Shown here one piece after another: positions 8,864 to 17,754 of a stretch of 29,045 nucleotides of DNA. The stretch lies in NCBI GenBank assembly GCA_040880105.1, contig JBBDJA010000011.1, positions 1 through 29,045 on the forward strand. The letters are read 5' to 3'. The stretch is from Waddliaceae bacterium (lineage in GTDB: Bacteria; Chlamydiota; Chlamydiia; Chlamydiales; SLOH01). The notes under the pieces were generated by a model. That model did no database searches, was not told the DNA's origin, and saw only the letters and a program-made list of their open reading frames with translations. The stretch's first letter is position 1; each line of letters starts with the position of its first letter. The position numbers and the translations under genes are program-made.

Positions 8864-9427
8864 ATGACAACTGTAAGTCTAGATAATCATTCAATTTATT
8901 TATATGAAGTTGAAAAACCGACAGATTCTTTAAAGGAAATTTGGGACGACAACGTTTCAAAGGGAGATTTTTCAACCAGAGACAAGGTGATCATAATTGC
9001 CGGAGGAGTTCTGACAAGCATTCCTCTTGCCTTTGTTTATTTAGCTAAAGGTGTCGTTACTCTCGCTAAGTGGACATTTAACCGCGTATTACTGCCCGTT
9101 GGCCGTTTGATTAAAAAAGTTGTAAAAGAGATATTTGTTTCAGCCCCACTGCGCCTCTATCGAAATGTAATACGACCTACAGCAGTCGCAATACGAAACG
9201 CAGTCGTATGGACAGATCATTATGTCGCAAGACCCTATCTTCGAATCATTGCAAACTTCTGTCGCCTCGCATTCAAAAGACTTAACAACGATGAGAGAAC
9301 TCAAGTCAGTGACGAAATCCTAAATGATGTTGGGATTATTTGTGATAATGTCATCTATCCTGTAAGGGATGCCGTAAGACACCTCTTCATGGAGACGATT
9401 GCCAATCTGTTTAGAAGCCGTAATTAA
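8864..9427 (+). CDS. Hypothetical membrane-associated protein with amphipathic VxxP repeats
   Basis: 187-aa ORF after an AT-rich intergenic stretch; hydrophobic segment at about aa42-66; followed by a hairpin. Confidence 0.7.
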   Translation: MTTVSLDNHSIYLYEVEKPTDSLKEIWDDNVSKGDFSTRDKVIIIAGGVLTSIPLAFVYLAKGVVTLAKWTFNRVLLPVGRLIKKVVKEIFVSAPLRLYRNVIRPTAVAIRNAVVWTDHYVARPYLRIIANFCRLAFKRLNNDERTQVSDEILNDVGIICDNVIYPVRDAVRHLFMETIANLFRSRN

Positions 9428-9436
9428 TCATCTTCG

Positions 9437-9463
9437 GAGTCAGTAGCGACTTGTTACTGACTC
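9437..9463 (+). terminator. Stem-loop after the 8864-9427 gene, probable terminator
   Basis: GAGTCAGTAGCG-act-TGTTACTGACTC, a 12-bp stem with two G-U pairs; no strong U tail. Confidence 0.5.
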
Positions 9464-9535
9464 ATGCCAATCGCTATCTTTTTCATATCCAAGCAGTATC
9501 AGTTCCTTTCCGAAATGCTGTTTAAAAGCCTCAAT
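9440..9535 (-). pseudogene. 3' remnant of a sulfotransferase-domain gene
   Basis: Minus strand reads IEAFKQHFGKELILLGYEKDSDW, aligning without gaps (8/23 identical) to the C-terminus KRAFKKSYNHLLTQFGYEQNAEW of the sulfotransferase ending at 28202. In-frame stop upstream at 9556-9554 and no start codon. Confidence 0.55.
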
Positions 9536-9654
9536 ACAGTTACACCATTGATTTCATTTTACATCTCGATTATGAGGTATATATTTAAGAGACAGAGCGG
9601 TGCATTACTCTTATATTGTGAGAAATTCCATTTCTCGCTAACCTTTCTCCTATT

Positions 9655-10320
9655 ATGATACAGTCTCTTAGATCTATTATTCACTTATTGAAATTTTTTT
9701 ATGTCCAGCGTAGTGGAAGGTTGTCGGTTCCTGTTGAACCTCATTTTGATAATCATTCCACTGATACTTTTTTAATGCTTTTGTCATCCTCTCAGAAGTA
9801 TTTAGAATATGGAAGTGGAGGAAGTACCTATAAAGCAGCTGAAAAAGGAATTGAAACGTTAAGTGTTGAGAGCGATAAATTCTTTTCTTCAGCTGTAAAA
9901 AGGAAAATTTCAGGCTTAAGTCATCATGTACACCTTCATTATGCAGACATAGGGATAACGGGACCCTGGGGGGTACCAATCGAGACATTTGCTACCAAAT
10001 CATCTAAGAAAAGATATAAAGACTATGTGTTTTCACCGGACCAATACTTAGAAGATACTTTTTACGACACCGTTTTAATTGATGGGCGTTTTCGAGTAGC
10101 GTGCGCATTATACTGCATAAATCGAGCAATGAAATATCACGCAAAGACGCTAATATGTATTGATGACTATGCAATGAGAGAAGCCTATCATGTTGTTGAA
10201 AAATTTTGTAAAAGAGACTCTTTGTCCGGAAGAATGGCTTTTTTTAAAGTTGAGAAGAAAAATTTATTGAAGCTTCCAACTGAAGAAGAGATATTGCAGT
10301 ATTGCAATGACTATTTATAG
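9655..10320 (+). CDS. Class I SAM-dependent methyltransferase-like protein
   Basis: YLEYGSGGST (motif I), SVESD, DTVLIDGRFRVACAL, IDDY..R..Y; AT-richer than the flanking core genes. Confidence 0.7.
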   Translation: MIQSLRSIIHLLKFFYVQRSGRLSVPVEPHFDNHSTDTFLMLLSSSQKYLEYGSGGSTYKAAEKGIETLSVESDKFFSSAVKRKISGLSHHVHLHYADIGITGPWGVPIETFATKSSKKRYKDYVFSPDQYLEDTFYDTVLIDGRFRVACALYCINRAMKYHAKTLICIDDYAMREAYHVVEKFCKRDSLSGRMAFFKVEKKNLLKLPTEEEILQYCNDYL

Positions 10321-10437
10321 TTTTTTTCAATTTACTTTAATGGATTGGATGGCTTTTTTTTGATTTAAAGTAAAAAATCATAGCCGTTTGCAATTAAAGC
10401 TGAAACCCCTTTTTGTTCAATTATTCTTAAATGCGCA

Positions 10438-10810
10438 TTAATGCGACGCCTTTCTAAACAGCTGCATCTCTTTTACAATTTCCTCAGAGGGAACGGAGAC
10501 TTGCTTGAATGGAGGCAAGCTCTTTAGAAACTGCTTACCGTAGTTTTTTTGTAAGATCCGAGAATCAAGACAAAGAACATATCCATGGTCTTTTTTATTG
10601 CGGATAAGTCTGCCGGCGCCTTGTTTAAATTTCACAATGGCTTGGGGAAGCGAGTAGTCAAAAAAGGCAGAGCCTCCTTGCTGGTCGATTAGCTCCGAGC
10701 GGGCTTGAATCACAGGTTCGGTAGGTACGTGGAAGGGTAATTTGGTGATGATGACTACCTCAAGGGCTTCGCCTGCAACATCGACACCTTTCCAAAAGGG
10801 GTCAGCTCCT
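10438..10810 (-). pseudogene. Duplicated 3' fragment of dinG (about 124 codons)
   Basis: Matches the dinG 3' end at offset 2600; 10481-10729 is identical to 13081-13329. Reads GADPFWKGVDVAGEALEVVIITKLPFHVPTEP...KEMQLFRKASH*; in-frame stop upstream at 10821-10819. Confidence 0.92.
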
Positions 10811-11086
10811 GCTGAATCTCATTTTGATGATAATTTCACAGATACTTTTTAAAGTATTTGTCGTCATTTGGAGTCACTAGGCTGCCTAAAAGTTCCTTGA
10901 TTTAACCATAGGGTTGGCATATACCTCTAATTTATTTTAATTTTTTTTTGATTATTCAACTTAAAATCAAGGATTTAAAATTTTCCTACTGAAAAAAATA
11001 ATACTTTTTATTTTTTTTATATTGACTGCATTTTTATCAATGGGATACACGTTGAATTTCAAAAATTAACCTTTATAGGCATTCTT

Positions 11087-11821
11087 ATGATCAGGTCAAT
11101 TCCATTTTTTCTTTTAGCAACAACATGTTTAGCAGCCGCTCCTCAAAACCAAAACGGATATCACTCCCAAATGAAAGCGGTAAGTGAAATGCAAGATCAA
11201 AACTTCTGTATTGATGATTGCCGTCCAAGTGACGGACCAGTCGGTCCACAAGGCCCACCGGGACCAGAAGGCCCAGAAGGTCCAGCAGGAGCAACAGGTC
11301 CAGCAGGTCCGCAAGGCATTCAAGGGGAAACAGGGGATACAGGTCCGGCAGGAGCAACGGGTCCAGAAGGCCCAGAAGGACCAGCAGGTCCAGCAGGAGG
11401 TCTTCTAGAATTTGCAGATTTTTATGCATTAATGCCGCCTGACAACGCAGCAACAGTTGCAATTGGGGGTGATGTTGATTTCCCTCAAGACGGCCCTACC
11501 TCTGGAGGGGGAATTTCACGTATTGGCCCAGATTCTTTTGAGTTAGCCGATATCGGGGTTTACAGTGTTGAGTTTCAGGTAAGTGTTACCGAGCCTGGGC
11601 AATTGGTACTCACTCTCGATGGTGTCGAACTTGAATATACAGTTGTTGGACGAGCAACCGGGACGTCTCAGATTGTCGGAATTGCACTTGTTGAAACAAC
11701 GGCAATAAACTCAGTTCTGACCGTCAGGAATTCCGGTAGTGATGCTGCTTTAACGATCACACCTCTAGCAGGCGGGACAGATCCAGTCTCTGCGCATCTT
11801 GTGATCATGCGAATACAATAA
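11087..11821 (+). CDS. Collagen-like surface protein with BclA-type C-terminal domain and N-terminal signal peptide
   Basis: [17 protein letters not shown] leader; 18 Gly-X-Y triplets; C-domain [17 protein letters not shown]...[13 protein letters not shown]...[20 protein letters not shown] resembling Firmicute exosporium collagen-protein C-termini. Confidence 0.85.
   Translation: MIRSIPFFLLATTCLAAAPQNQNGYHSQMKAVSEMQDQNFCIDDCRPSDGPVGPQGPPGPEGPEGPAGATGPAGPQGIQGETGDTGPAGATGPEGPEGPAGPAGGLLEFADFYALMPPDNAATVAIGGDVDFPQDGPTSGGGISRIGPDSFELADIGVYSVEFQVSVTEPGQLVLTLDGVELEYTVVGRATGTSQIVGIALVETTAINSVLTVRNSGSDAALTITPLAGGTDPVSAHLVIMRIQ
11234..11395 (+). repeat. Collagen (Gly-X-Y)18 coding repeat
   Basis: [54 protein letters not shown]. 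Confidence 0.95.
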
Positions 11822-11860
11822 ACATCAACCTTATACAAAATAGAATAGGTGAATAACACG

Positions 11861-12799
11861 ATGACTAAATTACTTAGGAAAATTATGGCAGCGACAGCCT
11901 TGTTAATGTCAACAACGGCATTTGCTCAAGGGAATTGTTGTCCGGAGGTCTACACTCCGCAATGTTGCGAAACTAACTGTTGTGGGAATTTCTTCGTGAG
12001 CGCAGAGCTACTGTATTGGCGTGCTTTCGAAGGAGGACTTGCCAATCCTTGTGAAGGAATTGAAATTAACACCATAGTAGACCAAGGTGTAACATTTTCA
12101 ATATTGAATGGAACAAGCCACTTTCCTAACTCGGAATGGAACCCGGGATTCCGTTTTGGAGTCGGCTATCAATTTGGTGACAGAGACTGTGATTTGGCCG
12201 TCTATTGGACTTATTACAAATCAGATACCAGAGGTGGAAATGATTTAAATCTTTATAAATGGAATCTCGATTACAATGTTGTAGATGCTTTCTATAGCTG
12301 CGATTTCAATTGCTCGTCATGTTTCGGATTCAGTCCCTATTTTGGCTTGAGATATGCGCAAATCGACCAATGCATTAATAAAGAGTTCATCACTACCATT
12401 GATTCTGTGCAACAGCTCACTAGCACTCGTATAAAACAAGATTTTTGGGGAGTGGGTCCAGTATTTGGGGTTGAAAGCGACTTGGGGTTAGGTTGTGGAT
12501 TTAGTCTGTATGGAAACGCTGCTGTAGGCGTTCTGTTTGGAAAATATGATGTGAATTCACGTAGAGAAGTAGTACTCGATACGGTCACAAACATTGACAA
12601 TCTGGTTAATGACCCCCAGGCGTCAACAGTTGTTCTAGATCTTGGATTCGGCGTGCGTTGGACTACCTGCTACTGCGATAAAGTTGTATCGTTGCAAATA
12701 GGAGTCGAAGAGCACCGTTATTTTAACCACAATCAATTTTGCGGTTATGGCGATTTGAGTATGGCTGGTGTCAATGTCGGCGTTGGAGTCGAATTTTAA
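11861..12799 (+). CDS. Cysteine-rich outer-membrane beta-barrel protein (Lpg1974 / chlamydial MOMP-like family)
   Basis: Signal peptide ending AFA; FFVSAELLYWRA, WNPGFRFGVGY, FWGVGPVFG, GFSLYG; terminal VGVGVEF; 16 Cys. ATG 11861 is preferred (AGGTG upstream) over GTG 11849. Confidence 0.85.
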   Translation: MTKLLRKIMAATALLMSTTAFAQGNCCPEVYTPQCCETNCCGNFFVSAELLYWRAFEGGLANPCEGIEINTIVDQGVTFSILNGTSHFPNSEWNPGFRFGVGYQFGDRDCDLAVYWTYYKSDTRGGNDLNLYKWNLDYNVVDAFYSCDFNCSSCFGFSPYFGLRYAQIDQCINKEFITTIDSVQQLTSTRIKQDFWGVGPVFGVESDLGLGCGFSLYGNAAVGVLFGKYDVNSRREVVLDTVTNIDNLVNDPQASTVVLDLGFGVRWTTCYCDKVVSLQIGVEEHRYFNHNQFCGYGDLSMAGVNVGVGVEF

Positions 12800-12806
12800 A
12801 AACTGC

Positions 12807-12830
12807 AGGGGGGATTTACGAATCCTCCCT
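12807..12830 (+). terminator. Stem-loop after the outer-membrane protein gene
   Basis: AGGGGGGATT-TACG-AATCCTCCCT, a 10-bp stem with one G-U pair, 7 nt after the stop. Confidence 0.6.
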
Positions 12831-13040
12831 CCATTTACAATCATAACAGCCTCTATCCTCTAGATTTCACATTTATCTTTCTGCTTTTTGAAGAGATTTT
12901 CGTATCGGCGTCCATTCCCACCATGTAGTTGCATCTTTGATGATGTTTTTAAAACATTTAACCGACTATGCAAGTATCTGTTGTTTTGAATTTTATACTT
13001 CTCTATGAAGCATTCAATTTGCTTAAGTGGTGTAGGTGGA

Positions 13041-15155
13041 TTATTGTCTTTTTTTAAATTTTTGTATCTCTTTTACGATCTCCTCAGAGGGAACGGAGAC
13101 TTGCTTGAATGGAGGCAAGCTCTTTAGAAACTGCTTACCGTAGTTTTTTTGTAAGATCCGAGAATCAAGACAAAGAACATATCCATGGTCTTTTTTATTG
13201 CGGATAAGTCTGCCGGCGCCTTGTTTAAATTTCACAATGGCTTGGGGAAGCGAGTAGTCAAAAAAGGCAGAGCCTCCTTGCTGGTCGATTAGCTCCGAGC
13301 GGGCTTGAATCACAGGTTCGGTAGGTACGCGGAAGGGTAATTTGGTGATGATGACAAACTCAAGGGCTTCGCCTGCAACATCGACGCCTTCCCAAAAGGA
13401 GTCGGTTCCAAAGAGGACGCAATTTTTTTCGTTGCGGAAGCGACTTAAAAGATCGTGGCGGTTCCCGTCACCTTGCTTCAGAAGGGTAAACCCGGCTTTT
13501 GTTAAGGGGTCTAGTAGGGCGCTATAGGTCTTGGTGAGCATTGAGTATGAAGTAAAGAGGATAAAGGTGCCGGTTCTAGCAGAAAGGATTGTTTTGAGCA
13601 TGAGAGCGTTGGCATCGGAGAGGAAAGAGGGGTGACTTGGCAAGGGGATATCATTTGGGATGAGAAATACTCCTTGGTTTTCGTAGTCGAAAGGAGAGAA
13701 GAAGATTTTTTCGGTGATCGGTTTATCTGTGAGGTCAAGCCCTGTTTGCTTACGAAAAAAATTGAACTTGTTATTCGAGGTTAAGGTCGCACTACAGAGA
13801 ACAAGGCTGGAAAAGGGTTGGAAAAGAGCGCTTGAAAGCAGTTTGGAGATGTCAAGCTCAGCTTCATAGAGGTCGATCGCTTGTGTCTTTTTAAATATGC
13901 GCCTTTCAATCCATGGCACCTTATCGGGAGAGGGGGGATTTGTGGCCAGATACTGAAGGAGGGAGACTGCCTCTTGAAGCCTGACAATCATGGCTGTGAT
14001 CTCTTTGCGAGGGCCGCTTGTCTTTTCTCTAAAGCTTTCAGAGTCGATGGTCTGGAGCTCTTGCTCAAAGTTATGCATGGCTGCTTGATATGTATTCATT
14101 TGAGCGTGCAGCTGAGAGGTCAACGGGATCACCTCTTCCTTCCAGACGGGATCTTTTTGGATTGAGGCTTGGATGCGCACCTTGTCTTCTTTTTCTAGGA
14201 CATCAAATAGGGTGTGGTAGGCGGCAAAGGCATTTACGATGTCGACAAGAAGGTCGCTTCTTTGTGCGATGAGTTCCGGGGGTATCTTCTTTTTGAGGCG
14301 GGAGAGTTGGTCTCCAATGATCGAGAGTTTACCGGCTCTGTCTGATCCGACACGCATTAATGTGCGGCGCATCTGAATCTCACCGGCCTTTCTTGCAAAG
14401 CTCTTTGTGGCGACCTCTTCGATATGATGCGCCTCATCAATAATAAGATGTTTATAGGGAGGTAAAAGCGCGTGTTCATCGTAGTTTTCATCCGTCAAGC
14501 GGATCGAGAGATCGGCCATTAAAAGGGAGTGGTTCACAATGATGATCTTTGCATCTTTTGCATTTTCTCGCGCCTTCATTAAATGGCAGTGATCAAAATG
14601 TGGGCATTTGCGAAAGGTGCAAGTGTCAGCTTCTGCGCAGACGCTTTCCCATACTTTGCTTTTCGGGAGGAAGTTCAGGTCGGTACGAGAGCCATCGGCT
14701 GTTTGATATGCCCACTGTTCAATTTTTTCAAATTGGCCTTTTTCCTCTTCGGGAAGAAGAAGAAACTCATGCTTGGACTCCTCGAGTTTACGGAGGCAGA
14801 TGTAGTTTGACATGCCTTTGACAAGGACAGCTTTAATATCGCAGTTGAGCGCTTTTCTAAGCGTCGGAAGGTCTTTGTTGAGAAGTTGCTGCTGCAGGGC
14901 GATGGTATGCGTCGAGATGACTGTGCGCTCACCTGTTTCAGTGGCCCATTTAAGAGCGGGTATCAGATAGGCGATTGACTTGCCGATGCCGGTTCCGGCC
15001 TCGATGAGGGCAATTTCACTATTGTTGTATGCACTTTCCACGGTCTTGAGCATCTCTTTCTGCTCTTTTCTAGGCTCGTAGTGCGGAAGGAGGTGGGTGA
15101 GGGGACCTTCAAAATCCAGAAGCTCAAGTGTCATTGTGTCATCCGTGAATTGCAT
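13041..15155 (-). CDS. dinG: DinG/YoaA-family ATP-dependent DNA helicase (Fe-S type, no exonuclease domain)
   Basis: PRKEQ Q-motif, EAGTGIGKS, Cys cluster YICLRK...CAEADTCTFRKCPHFDHC, IIDEAHH, SATL, FWEGVDVAG, QGAGRLIR. Confidence 0.95.
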   Translation of the reverse strand: MQFTDDTMTLELLDFEGPLTHLLPHYEPRKEQKEMLKTVESAYNNSEIALIEAGTGIGKSIAYLIPALKWATETGERTVISTHTIALQQQLLNKDLPTLRKALNCDIKAVLVKGMSNYICLRKLEESKHEFLLLPEEEKGQFEKIEQWAYQTADGSRTDLNFLPKSKVWESVCAEADTCTFRKCPHFDHCHLMKARENAKDAKIIIVNHSLLMADLSIRLTDENYDEHALLPPYKHLIIDEAHHIEEVATKSFARKAGEIQMRRTLMRVGSDRAGKLSIIGDQLSRLKKKIPPELIAQRSDLLVDIVNAFAAYHTLFDVLEKEDKVRIQASIQKDPVWKEEVIPLTSQLHAQMNTYQAAMHNFEQELQTIDSESFREKTSGPRKEITAMIVRLQEAVSLLQYLATNPPSPDKVPWIERRIFKKTQAIDLYEAELDISKLLSSALFQPFSSLVLCSATLTSNNKFNFFRKQTGLDLTDKPITEKIFFSPFDYENQGVFLIPNDIPLPSHPSFLSDANALMLKTILSARTGTFILFTSYSMLTKTYSALLDPLTKAGFTLLKQGDGNRHDLLSRFRNEKNCVLFGTDSFWEGVDVAGEALEFVIITKLPFRVPTEPVIQARSELIDQQGGSAFFDYSLPQAIVKFKQGAGRLIRNKKDHGYVLCLDSRILQKNYGKQFLKSLPPFKQVSVPSEEIVKEIQKFKKRQ

Positions 15156-15204
15156 GGAGTGATTCTAATGCGTTTGGACAATCTTTTCCAGAGAAGAGAG
15201 CGTG

Positions 15205-16863
15205 TTATTGACCCATAGGAGTTTCAAGGAATGCGCGCAGCTGCTTTTCCCGTGTCGGGTGGCGCATTTTACGCAGCGCTTTTGCTTCGATCTGACGAAT
15301 ACGCTCACGAGTGACGTTAAACTGCAGGCCGACTTCCTCGAGTGTTTTTGGCTTACCGTCGCGAAGGCCGAAACGCTCGATCAATACTTTTCTTTCTCTT
15401 TCTGTGAGTGTGCTGAGCACCTCTCCCATTTTATCACGCAAGATCGAGTAACCGGTAGAGTCAGCAGGGGAGTCCGCTCCGGTATCCTCAAGGAAATCTC
15501 CGAATTGGCTCTCTCCGCCATCTCCGACTTCAGCTTGAAGGGAGATCGGGTGTTGGGCAATCTTATAGATTTCACGCACACGTTCGGGTGTAATTCCAAC
15601 CTCTTCGGCAAGCTCTTCGGGTGTCGGCTCGCGACCGGTCTCCATCATGAGTTTTTTTGCCCCTCGGAGAACTTTATTAATGGTCTCGATCATGTGGACA
15701 GGGATACGAATGGTACGGGCTTGGTCGGCAATCGCACGGGTCACCGCTTGGCGAATCCACCAAGTTGCGTAGGTTGAAAACTTATAGCCTCGGCGATATT
15801 CGAATTTTTCTACAGCCTTCATCAGTCCCATGTTACCTTCTTGGATCAAGTCGAGGAAAGAGAGGCCGCGGTTTGTGTATTTTTTTGCAATCGAGATCAC
15901 AAGTCGCAAGTTGGATTCGACCATTTCGCGTTTTGCTTCCTGGCTCTTGTCCATCCAGCGCTGCAGCATGCGGATGTCTTTTTTAAACTCAGCAAGTGAG
16001 CGACCGGCGGCAAGTTCATTTTTGCTAAGCTTTCGATTGGCAGCGGCAAATTTTTGCGCGGCGATACGGTTGTGCTCAGCTCGAGGGGCTAGATCTTCAA
16101 TTTCCTTTTCGAGCTCAAGAAACCGCTCATAAGCATTCATAATCACTTCGCCAAAATCATCGATAATATTTTGACGGAAATGCATTTGACGCATATATGC
16201 CTGGTATCTGATGCGGCACTTTTCGATGTCTGTTGCAAGCTGTCGCTCTTTTATCTTGGGAAGCTTTGGCTGGTTTAACTCAACAAGAAGTTGATTAAAA
16301 GATTCGTTTTCTTCAAGAAGGAGTTGAAAAAGCTTCGGCACTCTCTTAATAAAAGCGGTTTTATTTGTAATCTCTTTTTCTGCAATGCACTTATCAAATC
16401 GCTCTTTCTCTTCCATTAAATACTTAGAGACTGCAATTGCTTCAGTAAGGGAGTATCTAAAGCGGAGGATGATCTTTTCGATCTGCATCTGCGCTTTTTC
16501 AATTCGCTTAGAAATTTCAACTTCTTCTTCCCGCGTCAATAGAGGGACAGAGCCCATCTCTTTGAGGTACATGCGGACCGGATCATCGGGAACGCCTTCC
16601 GATCTTCGGGATAGCGTCTCCATCTCCTTCGCTTCTTTCTTGCGCTCTCTTTGCTTTTCAACCTCGTTTTGATTGAGGATCTGGATATCCAAACCGCTCA
16701 AGTACATGAGGAGTTGGTCGATTTGTTCAGCGGTATCAACGGTGAGCGGAATAATGTCGTTAATTTCTTCGTAGGTGATGTAGCCTTGCTCTTTTGCAAG
16801 AGAAACGACTTCGTCTATTTTTTGCTCATGCTGATCAAGGAAGGAAGTTTTTGATTTTGCCAT
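15205..16863 (-). CDS. rpoD: Primary RNA polymerase sigma factor
   Basis: Region 1.1 [65 protein letters not shown]. Confidence 0.98.
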   Translation of the reverse strand: MAKSKTSFLDQHEQKIDEVVSLAKEQGYITYEEINDIIPLTVDTAEQIDQLLMYLSGLDIQILNQNEVEKQRERKKEAKEMETLSRRSEGVPDDPVRMYLKEMGSVPLLTREEEVEISKRIEKAQMQIEKIILRFRYSLTEAIAVSKYLMEEKERFDKCIAEKEITNKTAFIKRVPKLFQLLLEENESFNQLLVELNQPKLPKIKERQLATDIEKCRIRYQAYMRQMHFRQNIIDDFGEVIMNAYERFLELEKEIEDLAPRAEHNRIAAQKFAAANRKLSKNELAAGRSLAEFKKDIRMLQRWMDKSQEAKREMVESNLRLVISIAKKYTNRGLSFLDLIQEGNMGLMKAVEKFEYRRGYKFSTYATWWIRQAVTRAIADQARTIRIPVHMIETINKVLRGAKKLMMETGREPTPEELAEEVGITPERVREIYKIAQHPISLQAEVGDGGESQFGDFLEDTGADSPADSTGYSILRDKMGEVLSTLTERERKVLIERFGLRDGKPKTLEEVGLQFNVTRERIRQIEAKALRKMRHPTREKQLRAFLETPMGQ

Positions 16864-16974
16864 AACAGATCAATTCTCTTTCTTATGTATGATTTTTGTC
16901 AAGTCATCACATTGTTTTTCAGAGCTCTTTTTTATATTACGTTTAAAAAATAGTTTCTATAAAATACTCAAATT

Positions 16975-17751
16975 ATGCAAATTTTTGCGTGCGACAAGAA
17001 TGGAAATCACTTGCTTGCTTCCCAAGCAATACGCCGTGTGGATTACGACTGCCCCGAGTGCAAGGGTCTTTTGCGTTTGCGCGAAGGAAGTGTCAGGCGG
17101 GCGCATTTTTACCATACACACCCAACTGAAGATTGTCGGCAAAGCAACAAGAGCCTTGAGCATCTTCAGGTGCAATGGCGATTTTTTGACTTGATCCCTT
17201 GCCGCTTGGAGCAGCGCTTTTCAGAAATTGATCGCATCGCAGATGTTGTGTGGGAGGCAGAAAAACTGATTTTTGAAGTGCAATGCTCTCCAATTTCTTT
17301 AAGTGAAGTGCGCGCGCGGAATCGAGATTATGAAAGTCTTGGATATCGTGTGATCTGGATTTTGCATGACCGAAGGTATAATCAGCGCAAAGTCTTCCCT
17401 GTCGAGTCATTTCCTCATTACTACACAAATATCGATGAAGAGGGTGAGGGGATCATTTACGATCAATTTGAGAAGCTGCAAGGAAATCTGCGAAAGAGTC
17501 GCTTTCCACCGCTTACAATTGACCCTGCAGCGCCCCTGCCATTCCCAAAGGAGCATCCCTTAAAAGCAGTCCTTGTACGAAAAAAAGAGTACCCTTGCGC
17601 CTTTCAAGGAGATCTTTCTTGTACAACGGACTTAGAGTATATAAAACGGGCAGAACATATTGAGGCTACTAACCCCCAAGGGATCAAAGAGCGCATCTTC
17701 CGGCCGTTTAAAATTCTGGAAATGTATATGCTAAAAAAAGTGTGTAGGTGA
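16975..17751 (+). CDS. Competence protein CoiA-family nuclease-like protein
   Basis: YDCPEC...AHFYH...C...SLEH zinc site; RIADV...FEVQCS PD-(D/E)xK-like core; YESLGYRVIWI. Confidence 0.85.
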   Translation: MQIFACDKNGNHLLASQAIRRVDYDCPECKGLLRLREGSVRRAHFYHTHPTEDCRQSNKSLEHLQVQWRFFDLIPCRLEQRFSEIDRIADVVWEAEKLIFEVQCSPISLSEVRARNRDYESLGYRVIWILHDRRYNQRKVFPVESFPHYYTNIDEEGEGIIYDQFEKLQGNLRKSRFPPLTIDPAAPLPFPKEHPLKAVLVRKKEYPCAFQGDLSCTTDLEYIKRAEHIEATNPQGIKERIFRPFKILEMYMLKKVCR

Positions 17752-17754
17752 GTA

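Larger units (their letters stand above)
10466..13410. mobile_element. Candidate integrated cassette bounded by long direct repeats of the dinG 3' end (repeat period 2600 bp)
   Basis: Direct repeat of about 345 bp at 10466-10810 and 13066-13410 flanking two surface-protein genes; no integrase or transposase inside. Confidence 0.6.

Noticed and set aside
9464..9658. 64-aa plus-strand ORF
   Set aside because: No motif or RBS; the opposite strand carries the sulfotransferase remnant.
10430..10445. Overlapping palindromes AATGCGCATT / CGCATTAATGCG at the dinG fragment end as a dif-like site
   Set aside because: Resembles only a XerC arm; there is no XerD arm at the 6-bp spacing.
10438..10713. 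91-aa ORF as an independent small gene
   Set aside because: It is the duplicated dinG tail; homology continues upstream of the GTG and no RBS is evident.
11091..11462. Leu-rich repetitive ORF on the minus strand and Gln-rich ORF 11184-11408
   Set aside because: Alternate-frame products of the collagen repeat.
15202..15777. 191-aa plus-strand ORF
   Set aside because: Antisense shadow of the conserved rpoD regions 2-4; no independent motifs.
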